This document shows, piece after piece, positions 52,187-61,297 of a DNA stretch of 64,000 bases. The stretch spans positions 384,001-448,000 of the forward strand of contig CAVUKB010000004.1 in NCBI GenBank assembly GCA_963741955.1, written 5' to 3'. A program made the position numbers and the translations under genes. Numbering within the stretch: position 1 is the first letter of the stretch; each line of letters starts with the position of its first letter. The DNA comes from an uncultured Acidobacteriota bacterium (GTDB lineage Bacteria; Acidobacteriota; Thermoanaerobaculia; Gp7-AA8). The notes beneath the pieces were generated by a model. That model saw only the letters and a program-made list of their open reading frames with translations, was not told where the DNA came from and did not search any database.

Positions 52187-52936
52187 ATGCCCGATTCCGA
52201 GATCCTCAACATCCGCCAGCTTGCCGAGTACCTGATGGTGTCGGAAAAGACCGTCTACCGGATGCTCGACCGCAACCAGCTTCCCGCTTTGCGGGTGGGC
52301 ACCCAGTGGCGCTTCCGTCGTCAGGACATCGACGCCTGGCTCGAACAACAGGTGCAGCGCCCGGCGAGCGCCGGGAATCCGGAAACGCTCGACACGTTCG
52401 CTTCGTCCGAGCTCTCGATCCATCCGCTTCTCTCCGAGCAGAATGTCTGGCTCTCGATCGAAGCGGACTCACGCGACGCTCTTCTGGAGCGGATGCTCCG
52501 GGAGGGAGATCTCGACCCGGACGTGGATCGCGACCAGCTTCTCCGGTCGATCCTCGACCGCGAGGCGATCTGCTCGACGGCGCTCGTCGAGCAGGCGGCG
52601 TTTCCCCATCCCGTCGATCCCCGCCCGTTTCATTTTTCGCGAAAGAGGGTCCTGATCGCGACGCTGCGGGAACCGCTCGAGTTCAACGATCCTCACGGTC
52701 ACCAGCCGAGCGTGATCGCGATGATTCTCGCCCGCCGCATCCAGGGTCACATGCTCGCATTCTCCCGTGCGCTCAAGATCTTCGCCGACCCGGTGCTGAT
52801 CGATGCACTCCTCAGCGTTGGCACTCCTGCCGACGCGATCGAGGCGATCCGGATCGCCGAGGAGCCGCTCGACGCGATGAATGAAGGGGTGCCGGGAGAG
52901 GAGAAGGGAATGAGCCCGAAGGAGCCCGGATCGTGA
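52187..52936 (+). CDS. Excisionase-like HTH (HTH_17) - PTS EIIA (Fru/Mtl/Ntr-type) fusion regulator 1
   Basis: LNIRQLAEYLMVSEKTVYRM...LPALRVGTQWRFRRQDIDAW; ILDREAICST...AAFPHP. Confidence 0.87.
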   Translation: MPDSEILNIRQLAEYLMVSEKTVYRMLDRNQLPALRVGTQWRFRRQDIDAWLEQQVQRPASAGNPETLDTFASSELSIHPLLSEQNVWLSIEADSRDALLERMLREGDLDPDVDRDQLLRSILDREAICSTALVEQAAFPHPVDPRPFHFSRKRVLIATLREPLEFNDPHGHQPSVIAMILARRIQGHMLAFSRALKIFADPVLIDALLSVGTPADAIEAIRIAEEPLDAMNEGVPGEEKGMSPKEPGS

Positions 52937-53601
52937 AGCTCACCGTCGGCGAAGCGGCGACGATGCTCGGCACGACCGACCAGCGGATCTACGACTGGAT
53001 CGAGGACGAGAGCCTTCCGGCGCAAAAAATCCGAGGAGAGTACCGGATCAACCGTGCGGAGCTCCTGGAGTGGGCCACGGAGCGGGATCTCACGTTCGCC
53101 CCGCGGGGATTTCAGCGCCTCGCCAGCGAGAACGATGTTCCGTCGCTCTCCCGCGCCCTCCGCAGCGGCGGCATCCATCGCAGCGCAGGAGGGTCAGGTC
53201 TCCACGAGATCCTCGGGGGGGTCATCCGCGAGCTTCCTCTCGCCGGCGACGAGGACCGCGACGCGCTTCTGCAGGTGCTCGTTGCGCGCGAAACGCTCGG
53301 GACCACGCCGGTCGGAGAGGGAATCGCCATTCCTCACGTCCGTCATCCGATCGTCCTCGCTCCGGGAGAGGCCATCGCCGCGCTCGTGCTCCTCGACCAT
53401 CCGCTCGCTCTGCGAGGTCCCGACGGCGTCGCCGTCGACACGCTCTTCTTTCTCGTTTCGCCGACCGTGCACGCGCATCTCGCGACGCTCGCGCGGCTCG
53501 CATATCTCCTGCGGAAGCCGGAGCTGAAGCAACTCCTCCGGCGCCGTGCACCCGACAGCGAAATTCTCGCAGCCATGGAACGGCTGGAGGCTTCGGCATG
53601 A
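52933..53601 (+). CDS. Excisionase-like HTH - PTS EIIA fusion regulator 2
   Basis: LTVGEAATMLG...IYDWI...LPAQKIRGEYRINRAELLEW; ARETLGTTPVGEGIAIPH, HLATLARL. Confidence 0.88.
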   Translation: MKLTVGEAATMLGTTDQRIYDWIEDESLPAQKIRGEYRINRAELLEWATERDLTFAPRGFQRLASENDVPSLSRALRSGGIHRSAGGSGLHEILGGVIRELPLAGDEDRDALLQVLVARETLGTTPVGEGIAIPHVRHPIVLAPGEAIAALVLLDHPLALRGPDGVAVDTLFFLVSPTVHAHLATLARLAYLLRKPELKQLLRRRAPDSEILAAMERLEASA

Positions 53602-55535
53602 CCGCGGTGCTGATCCTCGCCGGGATCGTCCTCTGCGCCGTCAGCGGCATCCCCGCACTCTTCTCCACCCGCAGTGGCGCGCGCGCATCGACGATGCTCA
53701 TCGCGCTGGGCGGGATCGCCGGAATCGCCGGCAGCATCTTCGCGCTCCGCGGCGAGATCGGGATCATCAGCGAGCCGTGGGCGATTCCGGGTGGTGCGTT
53801 CCACCTCCGCGTCGACGCCCTCTCGGCGTTCTTCATCATCCCCGTCTTCGTCGTCGCCTTCTCCTGCTCGCTCTACAGCGAGAGAAGCTGGCCGCAGTCG
53901 GTGCGAGGTGCGGGCGTGCTGCGCCTCTTCTTCGGTCTGGTCGCCGGCGCGCTTGTCCTTCTGATGAGCGCCGCGAACGCCATCCTCTTTCTCGCTGCAT
54001 GGGAGATCGTCGCAGTCGGTGCTTTCTTCCTCATCGGGGCGGGAAGCGAATCGGACGAGGTCCGGAAGGCGTCGTGGCTCTACCTCGCGGCGAGCCACAT
54101 CGCGACACTCGCTCTCTTCACCCTTTTCTCCGTGATCCACGCCGCGACGGGGAGCTGGGAGCTCGCAACGATCCACACCGCGGCGCACACCGGAATCCTC
54201 CCCATCGTCTTCGCCCTCGCCGTGACCGGATTCCTGATCAAGGCCGGCGCGATGCCGTTTCACGTCTGGCTCCCCGGCGCGCATGCCGGAGGTCCGAGCC
54301 ACGTCTCGGCGCTGATGTCCGGCGTGGTAATCAAGATGGGGATCTACGGACTGGTGCGCGTCCTCTCGCTGTTCGACACCACCCCCGGCTGGTTCGGATC
54401 GACCATCCTTCTGATCGGAATCGTCTCCAGCATCCTCGGCGTCGCGTTCGCGCTCGCGCAGCACGACTTCAAACGCCTTCTCGCATACCACAGCATCGAG
54501 AACATCGGGATCATCCTGATCGGGATCGGCACGGGCTTGATCGGAAAATCGATCGGAAGCCCCGCGCTCACGATACTCGGTTTCGCCGGGGGTCTGCTTC
54601 ACGTCTGGAACCACGGGATGTTCAAGTCGCTCCTCTTCCTCGGCGCGGGATCCGCGGTGCACTCGAGCGGCACCCGTGAGATCGACCGGATGGGAGGGCT
54701 CGCACACCGGATGCCGTGGACCGCGGGGGCGTTTCTCCTCGGGGCGGTGGCGATCTCCGGTCTTCCGCCACTGAACGGTTTCGTCAGCGAATGGCTCCTC
54801 TATCTGTCGAGTTTCACCGGGGCGATCGATGGGCGTTCGCTCCTCGTTTTCGCGGTCGCTCCCGCGCTCGCGATCACCGGCGCGCTCGCCGTCGCCTGTT
54901 TCGTGAAGGCGTTCGGAGTCGTCTTTCTCGGCGCGCCGCGTACGGCCGCTGCGGCTGCGGCGCACGAGTCGCCCCGCTCGATGCTCGTCGCGATGGCGCC
55001 GCTCGCCGTCGCATGCATCGCGATCGGACTTTTCCCGCAGCTCGTCGTTCCTGCGCTCGCCCCGGCGGTCGCAGTCGTTGCAGGGCACGCTCTTTCGGCC
55101 GATCTCGGTGCGTCGCTCCTTCCGCTGCAACTCGCTGCGATCGCGCTCGCGATCGCGCTCGGCGCCGGTTTCCTCCTCCTCCGCAAGCGGGTCAAGAATG
55201 CCCGACGGTCGGTCACCTGGGACTGCGGCTACGTGGCGCCGACTGCACGGATGCAGTACACGGCATCGTCGTTCGCGGCCACTCTGGTGAGTCTCTTCGC
55301 GTGGGTTCTCCGTCCCGTCAGCCACGCTCCCGGCAACCTTCCGCTCTTTCCCTCCGACCGCCGGTTCGAGAGTCACGTGCCCGACGTGGTGCTGGAAGGA
55401 GTGGTCGGTCCCGTGGTCTCGCGCGTCTCCCGGATCTCGCGGGTCGGCCGCGCGATCCAGAGCGGACGCCTTCACGCCTATCTCCTGTACGTGGGAATCA
55501 CCCTGGTGGTGCTCCTGATCTGGAGCTTCCGATGA
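53598..55535 (+). CDS. Hydrogenase-4 subunit B-like proton-translocating subunit (Ehr complex, HyfB/NuoL-like)
   Basis: AWE, KAGAMPFHVWLPGAH, SALMSGVVIKMGIYG, KRLLAYHSIENIG, PPLNGFVSEW, WDCGY. Confidence 0.9.
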   Translation: MTAVLILAGIVLCAVSGIPALFSTRSGARASTMLIALGGIAGIAGSIFALRGEIGIISEPWAIPGGAFHLRVDALSAFFIIPVFVVAFSCSLYSERSWPQSVRGAGVLRLFFGLVAGALVLLMSAANAILFLAAWEIVAVGAFFLIGAGSESDEVRKASWLYLAASHIATLALFTLFSVIHAATGSWELATIHTAAHTGILPIVFALAVTGFLIKAGAMPFHVWLPGAHAGGPSHVSALMSGVVIKMGIYGLVRVLSLFDTTPGWFGSTILLIGIVSSILGVAFALAQHDFKRLLAYHSIENIGIILIGIGTGLIGKSIGSPALTILGFAGGLLHVWNHGMFKSLLFLGAGSAVHSSGTREIDRMGGLAHRMPWTAGAFLLGAVAISGLPPLNGFVSEWLLYLSSFTGAIDGRSLLVFAVAPALAITGALAVACFVKAFGVVFLGAPRTAAAAAAHESPRSMLVAMAPLAVACIAIGLFPQLVVPALAPAVAVVAGHALSADLGASLLPLQLAAIALAIALGAGFLLLRKRVKNARRSVTWDCGYVAPTARMQYTASSFAATLVSLFAWVLRPVSHAPGNLPLFPSDRRFESHVPDVVLEGVVGPVVSRVSRISRVGRAIQSGRLHAYLLYVGITLVVLLIWSFR

Positions 55536-56443
55536 ACGTTCTCGCCGCCGTGATCCTGAATCTGGCCGTGGTGCTGGTGGTCTCTCCGCTGATGCTCTCG
55601 GTGATCAACCGGACCAAGGCGATGGTGGCCGGGCGCACGGGGCAGCCGCTCCTCCAGCCGTATTTCGAGATCGCGAAGCAACTGCGCAAGGGAACCGTCC
55701 TCAGCGAGACCACCACGTTCGTCTTCCTTCTCGGGCCGGTCATCTCGTTCGTAGTGGTCCTCTTCGCCGCGCTCCTTCTTCCCCTGGGCGGGGTCAGAGC
55801 TCCAGTGGCCTTCAGTGGTGACGTGATTCTCTTCGTCTACCTCTTCGGGCTGGGCCGCTTCTTCACCACCGCCGCCGCGCTCGACACCGGTTCTCCGTTC
55901 GAGGGGATGGGTGCGGCCCGCGAGGCGACGTTCGCCTTCATGGCCGAGCCGGCGATCTTTCTCGGAATGCTCGCCCTCGCACGGATCTCGAAGACGCTCT
56001 CCCTTTCGTCCATGCTCTCGGTCTCCGGCGCGGAGCTCCGCACGGCGAGCGCCGCGGTGGTTCTGGTCGTCGCGAGCTGGTTCATCGTGCTGCTGGTCGA
56101 GAACTCGCGTGTTCCGTTCGACGACCCGAACACCCATCTCGAGCTGACCATGATCCACGAGGTGATGGTGCTCGACCACAGCGGCCCGGCGCTCGGTCTG
56201 ATCCTCTGGGGGAGCGCGATGAAGCTCTTCGTCTTCGCCGCCCTGATCGTGCACGTGGTCCTTCCGCGCACCGGCTCCACGGTCTTCGATGCCGCCGCAT
56301 CGGCCGGCGCGACGCTTCTTCTCGCGGTGGTGGTGGGCCTGGTCGAGAGCGGGATGGCGCGTCTCCGGCTCGTCCGCATCCCGCAGCTCCTGATCACTGC
56401 GAGCCTCGCTGCGACGTTCGCCGTAGTCCTGGTGGTGAGGTGA
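55532..56443 (+). CDS. HyfC/NuoH-like membrane subunit (Ehr complex)
   Basis: GRTGQPLLQPY, LDTGSPFEGMGAARE, ENSRVPFDDPNTHLELTMIHE. Confidence 0.9.
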   Translation: MNVLAAVILNLAVVLVVSPLMLSVINRTKAMVAGRTGQPLLQPYFEIAKQLRKGTVLSETTTFVFLLGPVISFVVVLFAALLLPLGGVRAPVAFSGDVILFVYLFGLGRFFTTAAALDTGSPFEGMGAAREATFAFMAEPAIFLGMLALARISKTLSLSSMLSVSGAELRTASAAVVLVVASWFIVLLVENSRVPFDDPNTHLELTMIHEVMVLDHSGPALGLILWGSAMKLFVFAALIVHVVLPRTGSTVFDAAASAGATLLLAVVVGLVESGMARLRLVRIPQLLITASLAATFAVVLVVR

Positions 56444-56445
56444 AC

Positions 56446-57081
56446 ATGAGCCACGCCGTCGACGGAATCCTGATCCTCCTCCTCCTGACGAACTTCTTCA
56501 TTCTCGGGACGGCGTCGCTCCGCGCCGCGATCCGGGCGGTTGCGATTCAGGGTCTGATCCTCGGGGTTCTCTCCCTCTGGGGCGAGAGCGAGCTGACTGT
56601 GCGTCTCGCCCTCTTCGTCGCTGCGACCGTGGCGGTCAAGGCGATCCTGATTCCGGGACTGCTCCAGAAAGCGATCCGTGACGTCCACATCCGGCACGAG
56701 GTGGAGCCGTTTCTCGGTTTCGTCCCATCGCTCTTTCTCTGTGCCGTCGGGACGGGGCTGGCAATCCTCTTCGCCGACCGTCTGCCGCTCGCGACGATGC
56801 ACCGCGGATCGCTCTTCGTTCCCGCTGCGCTCGCGACCGTCTTCGCGGGCTTCCTCGTGCTCACCACCCGGAGGAAGGCGATCTCTCAGGTCACCGGGTA
56901 TCTGGTCCTGGAGAACGGCGTGTACGTCTTCGGACTCCTCCTCTATCAGGCGATGATCATCGAGGTCGGCATCCTCCTCGACCTCCTGGTGGGCATCTTC
57001 ATCATGGGTATCGTCCTGAACCACATCCGTCGCGAGTTCTCGTCGCTCGACACCTCGCGCATGTCGAAGCTGAAAGAGTAG
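56446..57081 (+). CDS. HyfE-like membrane subunit (Ehr complex)
   Basis: AIQG, KAILIP, SQVTGYLVLENG, EVGILLD. Confidence 0.88.
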   Translation: MSHAVDGILILLLLTNFFILGTASLRAAIRAVAIQGLILGVLSLWGESELTVRLALFVAATVAVKAILIPGLLQKAIRDVHIRHEVEPFLGFVPSLFLCAVGTGLAILFADRLPLATMHRGSLFVPAALATVFAGFLVLTTRRKAISQVTGYLVLENGVYVFGLLLYQAMIIEVGILLDLLVGIFIMGIVLNHIRREFSSLDTSRMSKLKE

Positions 57082-57083
57082 AC

Positions 57084-58514
57084 ATGACCCTCTGGCTCAT
57101 TCTCGCACCACTGATCGGCGCCCTTCTGGCGTTCGTCGTTCCTTCGGAGCGGCTGCGCCCGTCGATCGTCGCCGTCGCGGCCGTGGCGCATACGGCGCTC
57201 ACCGTCGGGGTGATCCGGAGCGGTTCGCACGGAAGTCTGATGGTCGAGTGGCTGCGTCTCGATGCGCTCGGCACTCTGGTCCTGCTGGTGATCAGCACAC
57301 TCTTTCTCGTCTGCGCGATCTACGCCGTAGGCTATCTCCGGAGCCGATCCGACCGGCCGAACCGGGTCTTCTGTACGTCGCTCCTTCTCTTCCTGGTCAC
57401 CACCACCGTCCTCACCATGGCCCAGCAGCTGACGGTGATGTGGGTGGCGATGGAAGCGACGACGCTCTCCACCGCGCTCCTTCTCTACTTCAACCAGAAC
57501 GAGCGATCACTCGAGGCCACCTGGAAGTACCTGATGATCGGATCCCTCGGCATCGCGTTCGCGCTGCTGGGCACCCTCTTCATCGCATATGCGACGTTCC
57601 TCGGGTTCGGCGACTCGAATCTCGACTATCCGCTCCTCGTCCATCGCGCTGCCGGACTCTCCGTTCCGTGGCTGCGTGCGGGTTTCGTCTTCCTCCTGGT
57701 CGGTTACGGGACCAAGCTCGGTCTCGCACCGCTCCACACCTGGAAGCCGGATGCTTATGGCGAAGCGCCGGGGGTGGTCGGTGCTCTCCTGGCCGGAGGG
57801 ATGACCAGCGCCGCGCTACTCGCTCTCCTTCGTGTCTATCGGATCGTCGATGCCTCCGGAGACGGCGTGTTCGCCCGAGGGCTGTTCGTCACTCTCGGGC
57901 TCCTTTCGATCGCCACGGCTGTGGTGATGATGGTCGGCCAGCGCGACCTCAAGCGTCTCCTCGCGTACTCCAGCGTGGAGCACGTCGGCGTGATCGCGGT
58001 CGGGATCGGGCTCGGCGGAGTGGGGATCTTCGGCGCACTTCTCCACATGGTGAACTACGCGATGACCAAGGGTGTGCTCTTCCTCTCTGCGGGGAACATC
58101 CATCGTGGCTACCGCAGCAAGAGAGTAGGGGAGGTGACCGGCGCATTGATCCGGCTTCCCGTTTCGGCGGGTCTCTTCCTCGCCGGGTTCTTCGCCATCA
58201 CCGGTTCACCGCCGTTCGGGCCGTTCGTGAGCGAGCTGACGATCCTCAACGCCGCGACCGGGCAGCACCGCGTCGCAGTCGCCGCGATCTACGTCACTCT
58301 CCTCGTCCTCGTCTTCGTCGCCATGGGCGCTTCGCTCATGCCGATGGTCGAAGGCGCGCCACCGGTTGACGGCGAGCCGCCCGTGCTGCGCGAGAAGTCG
58401 CTCGAGACGGCACCGCTCTTCGTCGCACTCGCACTGGTTCTGATGATGGGGATCTGGATTCCCGCCCCGCTTCAGAAACTTCTCCACGACGCGGCGAAGC
58501 TCCTGGGAGGATAG
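57084..58514 (+). CDS. HyfF-like proton-translocating subunit (Ehr complex)
   Basis: WVAMEATTL, SLEATWKY, GYGTKLGLAPLHTWKPDAYGEAP, KRLLAYSSVEH, PPFGPFVSE. Confidence 0.9.
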   Translation: MTLWLILAPLIGALLAFVVPSERLRPSIVAVAAVAHTALTVGVIRSGSHGSLMVEWLRLDALGTLVLLVISTLFLVCAIYAVGYLRSRSDRPNRVFCTSLLLFLVTTTVLTMAQQLTVMWVAMEATTLSTALLLYFNQNERSLEATWKYLMIGSLGIAFALLGTLFIAYATFLGFGDSNLDYPLLVHRAAGLSVPWLRAGFVFLLVGYGTKLGLAPLHTWKPDAYGEAPGVVGALLAGGMTSAALLALLRVYRIVDASGDGVFARGLFVTLGLLSIATAVVMMVGQRDLKRLLAYSSVEHVGVIAVGIGLGGVGIFGALLHMVNYAMTKGVLFLSAGNIHRGYRSKRVGEVTGALIRLPVSAGLFLAGFFAITGSPPFGPFVSELTILNAATGQHRVAVAAIYVTLLVLVFVAMGASLMPMVEGAPPVDGEPPVLREKSLETAPLFVALALVLMMGIWIPAPLQKLLHDAAKLLGG

Positions 58515-60020
58515 ATGGCCACCGATCGGATACGACTCAGAAACGGAGAGGCAGCGCGGCTCGATGACATTCCTCGGCTTCCGATCGCGGAGCTCCGTCG
58601 TGGCGTGATCGAGAGCGTCAACGAAGGGGAGAGGATCGCTTCGCTCTTTGCATACCAACGAAGCGATGGACTGGAGCTCGTCGCGGTTCTCGCCAACGAC
58701 GCCACCGGTCGCCTCGGCATCTTCCGCGCCGGATTGCCCGACCTGTACGAGTCGATCACCTCCGAGTGTCCGCAGGCGCAGGCATTCGAGCGCGAGATCG
58801 CGGAGCAGTTCGGCGTGCGTCCTTCCGGTCATCCGTGGCTCAAGCCGGTCCGCTATCACGATTCGTGGCGCCCGGGTCACTCCGTGTTCGACGAGGGTAC
58901 GGTTCCGGCCGAGACGAAGCTCTTCCGCGTCGAAGGCGACGAGATCCACGAAGTCGCGGTCGGCCCGGTCCACGCCGGAGTGATCGAGCCGGGACATTTT
59001 CGTTTTCAGTGTCACGGCGAGACGGTCTTCCATCTGGAGATCGCGCTCGGGTACCAGCACCGCGGAATCGAGCGAAGCCTGATCGGCGGTCCATCGAAGC
59101 GATCGTTCCATTACCTCGAGACCGTTGCCGGGGACACCACCATCGGACATTCGGTCGCATTCGCACAAGCCATGGAGTCGCTCGCGGGGGTCAGGGCACC
59201 GGTCCGTGCGGACTCGCTTCGCGGAATCGCTCTCGAGCTCGAGCGCCTGGCGAACCACACCGGAGACCTCGGCGCGCTGAGCGGCGACGTCGCGTTTCTT
59301 CCCACCGCGTCATTCTGCGGGCGAATCCGAGGAGATTTCCTGAACCTGACCGCAGAGCTATGCGGATCGCGTTTCGGGCGCGGGATGGTGGTGCCCGGCG
59401 GGGTACGCTTCGATCTCGCGAAGGAGCAGATGGAAGGATTCGCGTCGCGGCTCGCTGCTGCGACGCGGGATGTAGTGGAAGCGGGGAAACTTCTGTGGAA
59501 CGCGCCGACGGTGATCGAGCGGTTCGAGAACACCGGTGAGGTGGCGGCGGAAGAATGCGATGCAATGGGTCTGGTCGGAGTGGCGGCGAGGGCATGCGGA
59601 AGATCGATCGACGTGAGGCACGATTTTCCGTCCGGCATCTACCGCTTCGCGCACGTTCCGGTGATGACCGCACACGTCGGCGACGTGAACGCGCGCGCGT
59701 TCGTCCGGTTCATGGAGATCCAGCGCTCGTCGGCCTTCATCGCGCGTCAGCTCGACGCGCTCCCTTCGACTCCGCTTCGGACCACGGTCGGCGCGCTGCG
59801 CCCGGAGATGATCGTCGTGTCGATGACCGAAGGATGGAGAGGCGAGATCTGTCACGTGGCGATCACCGACCAGAACGGGACGTTCGCGCGATACAAGATC
59901 ACCGATCCGTCGTTTCACAACTGGTTCGGTCTGGCCCTCGCACTGCGCGAGGGTCAGATCTCCGATTTCCCGCTCTGCAACAAGAGCTTCAATCTCTCGT
60001 ACTGCGGTCACGATCTCTGA
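58515..60020 (+). CDS. HyfG/HycE-like large subunit (NuoCD-like) lacking NiFe-binding CxxC motifs (EhrL-like)
   Basis: FEREIAE, VGPVHAGVIEPGHFRF, GYQHRGIE, EGWRGE. The L1 position reads ETVAGDTTIGH and the L2 position reads NKSFNLSYCGHDL. Confidence 0.9.
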   Translation: MATDRIRLRNGEAARLDDIPRLPIAELRRGVIESVNEGERIASLFAYQRSDGLELVAVLANDATGRLGIFRAGLPDLYESITSECPQAQAFEREIAEQFGVRPSGHPWLKPVRYHDSWRPGHSVFDEGTVPAETKLFRVEGDEIHEVAVGPVHAGVIEPGHFRFQCHGETVFHLEIALGYQHRGIERSLIGGPSKRSFHYLETVAGDTTIGHSVAFAQAMESLAGVRAPVRADSLRGIALELERLANHTGDLGALSGDVAFLPTASFCGRIRGDFLNLTAELCGSRFGRGMVVPGGVRFDLAKEQMEGFASRLAAATRDVVEAGKLLWNAPTVIERFENTGEVAAEECDAMGLVGVAARACGRSIDVRHDFPSGIYRFAHVPVMTAHVGDVNARAFVRFMEIQRSSAFIARQLDALPSTPLRTTVGALRPEMIVVSMTEGWRGEICHVAITDQNGTFARYKITDPSFHNWFGLALALREGQISDFPLCNKSFNLSYCGHDL

Positions 60021-60029
60021 GGGCGCCCG

Positions 60030-60797
60030 ATGCTGAAATCACTTCTCGCACGCGCCCGGCAGGGCCACCGCACTACGGCGTTCCCGGAGGGAGACGCGCC
60101 CTCTCTGCCGGCGCGCTTCAGAGGCCGCCCGGAGATCGACGTCTCGAAGTGTCCGGACGGATGCCGCGAATGCGCAGAGGCGTGCCCCGAAGAGGCGATT
60201 CTCCCGGGCGACGGCGGCGTGCGCGTCGACCTCGGGCGTTGCACCTTCTGTCCCCTGTGCGAAGAGGCGTGCCCCGAGGGGGCGATCTCGTTCAGCCGGG
60301 ATTACCGGCTCGCGACATCCGGCCGGGAAGATCTGCTCGTCGGGCCGGACGAAGAGCTGCGGCTCGCATCGGCTCTCGATGGTGAGCTGCGACGACTGTA
60401 CGGGCGTTCTCTCGATCTTCGTGTGGTGAGTGCGGGCGATTGCAATGCGTGCGCGGCCGACGTCAACGTCCTCACCACCATCGGCTGGGACATCGGACGT
60501 TTCGGGATCCGCATCGTCGCCTCGCCGCGCCACGCGGACGGGCTGCTGGTGCTCGGACCGGTCACCCGGAACATGGAGCTCGCGCTGCGGAAGACGTTCG
60601 ACGCGATCCCCGACCCGAAGCTCGTGATCGCCGTTGGGGCCTGCGCCATCTCGGGCGGGATCTACGCCGGCCACGACGAGACGCGCGGGATCCCGGCGGA
60701 CATCCCGGTCGATCTCTACATCCCCGGCTGCCCTCCACACCCTCTGACGATTCTGGACGGGCTCCTCCGGCTGCTCGGGCGCATCCCGTCGCGCTGA
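60030..60797 (+). CDS. Fused 2[4Fe-4S] ferredoxin + NuoB/HyfI-like small subunit (EhrS-like)
   Basis: CPDGCRECAEACP and CTFCPLCEEACP, then GDCNAC, SPRHAD, GACAISGG, PGCPP. Confidence 0.9.
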   Translation: MLKSLLARARQGHRTTAFPEGDAPSLPARFRGRPEIDVSKCPDGCRECAEACPEEAILPGDGGVRVDLGRCTFCPLCEEACPEGAISFSRDYRLATSGREDLLVGPDEELRLASALDGELRRLYGRSLDLRVVSAGDCNACAADVNVLTTIGWDIGRFGIRIVASPRHADGLLVLGPVTRNMELALRKTFDAIPDPKLVIAVGACAISGGIYAGHDETRGIPADIPVDLYIPGCPPHPLTILDGLLRLLGRIPSR

Positions 60798-60798
60798 A

Positions 60799-61233
60799 GC
60801 CCCTTGATGGGGGCTCGCATTGAATTCAGAGCAGGCGGACCCAGGACCTTCGCGCCCGGCTAAACAAAGTGACGCCCTTCGGGCTCCGGGGAGCAGGAGC
60901 GTCCGCAAATCGCGCAAATGAAATGGTCATCGAAGCCACGGGCCGCTGAGTCGCGGCACTTGTTACTGCGGAAGACGGGCGTCAGCGCTAAGGTAAATTG
61001 CGCGAGAGGGAGTGCCGCCCCCTGACGGGGGCTCCCGCTGGAGTCCGCACGCGCGGATCCGGGCCCTTACGGGCCCGGCTAAACAAAGTGACGCCCTTCG
61101 GGCTCCGGGGAGAGACGCGACGCGCGCTCTGGCTATGGCAAATCGCGCAAATGGAGTCGTTCTCGAAGCCACGGTCCTCTCCGTCACCGCACCCATTCCT
61201 GTCGAACGCGCCCGAACGGGCTATGGCAAATCG
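60799..61233. repeat. Composite intergenic repeat: two GCCCC.TGA.GGGGGC...GGCTAAACAAAGTGACGCCCTTCGGGC elements plus GCAAATCGCGCAAATG units
   Basis: Elements start at 60799 and 61017; GCAAAT anchors at 60905, 61138, 61226. Confidence 0.85.
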
Positions 61234-61297
61234 TTTCTGACCTCGAGAGTGGTACTCTTTTCCCGTTCCTTACAATTGAAATCGCAGGAGGATCGGT

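Noticed and set aside
52187-53601. Prophage or ICE excisionases
   Set aside because: The HTH domains are fused to PTS EIIA; no integrase, att site or phage genes nearby.
53598-60797. Functional hydrogenase-4 / formate hydrogenlyase
   Set aside because: Large subunit lacks both NiFe CxxC motifs; no maturation or fdh genes in the window.
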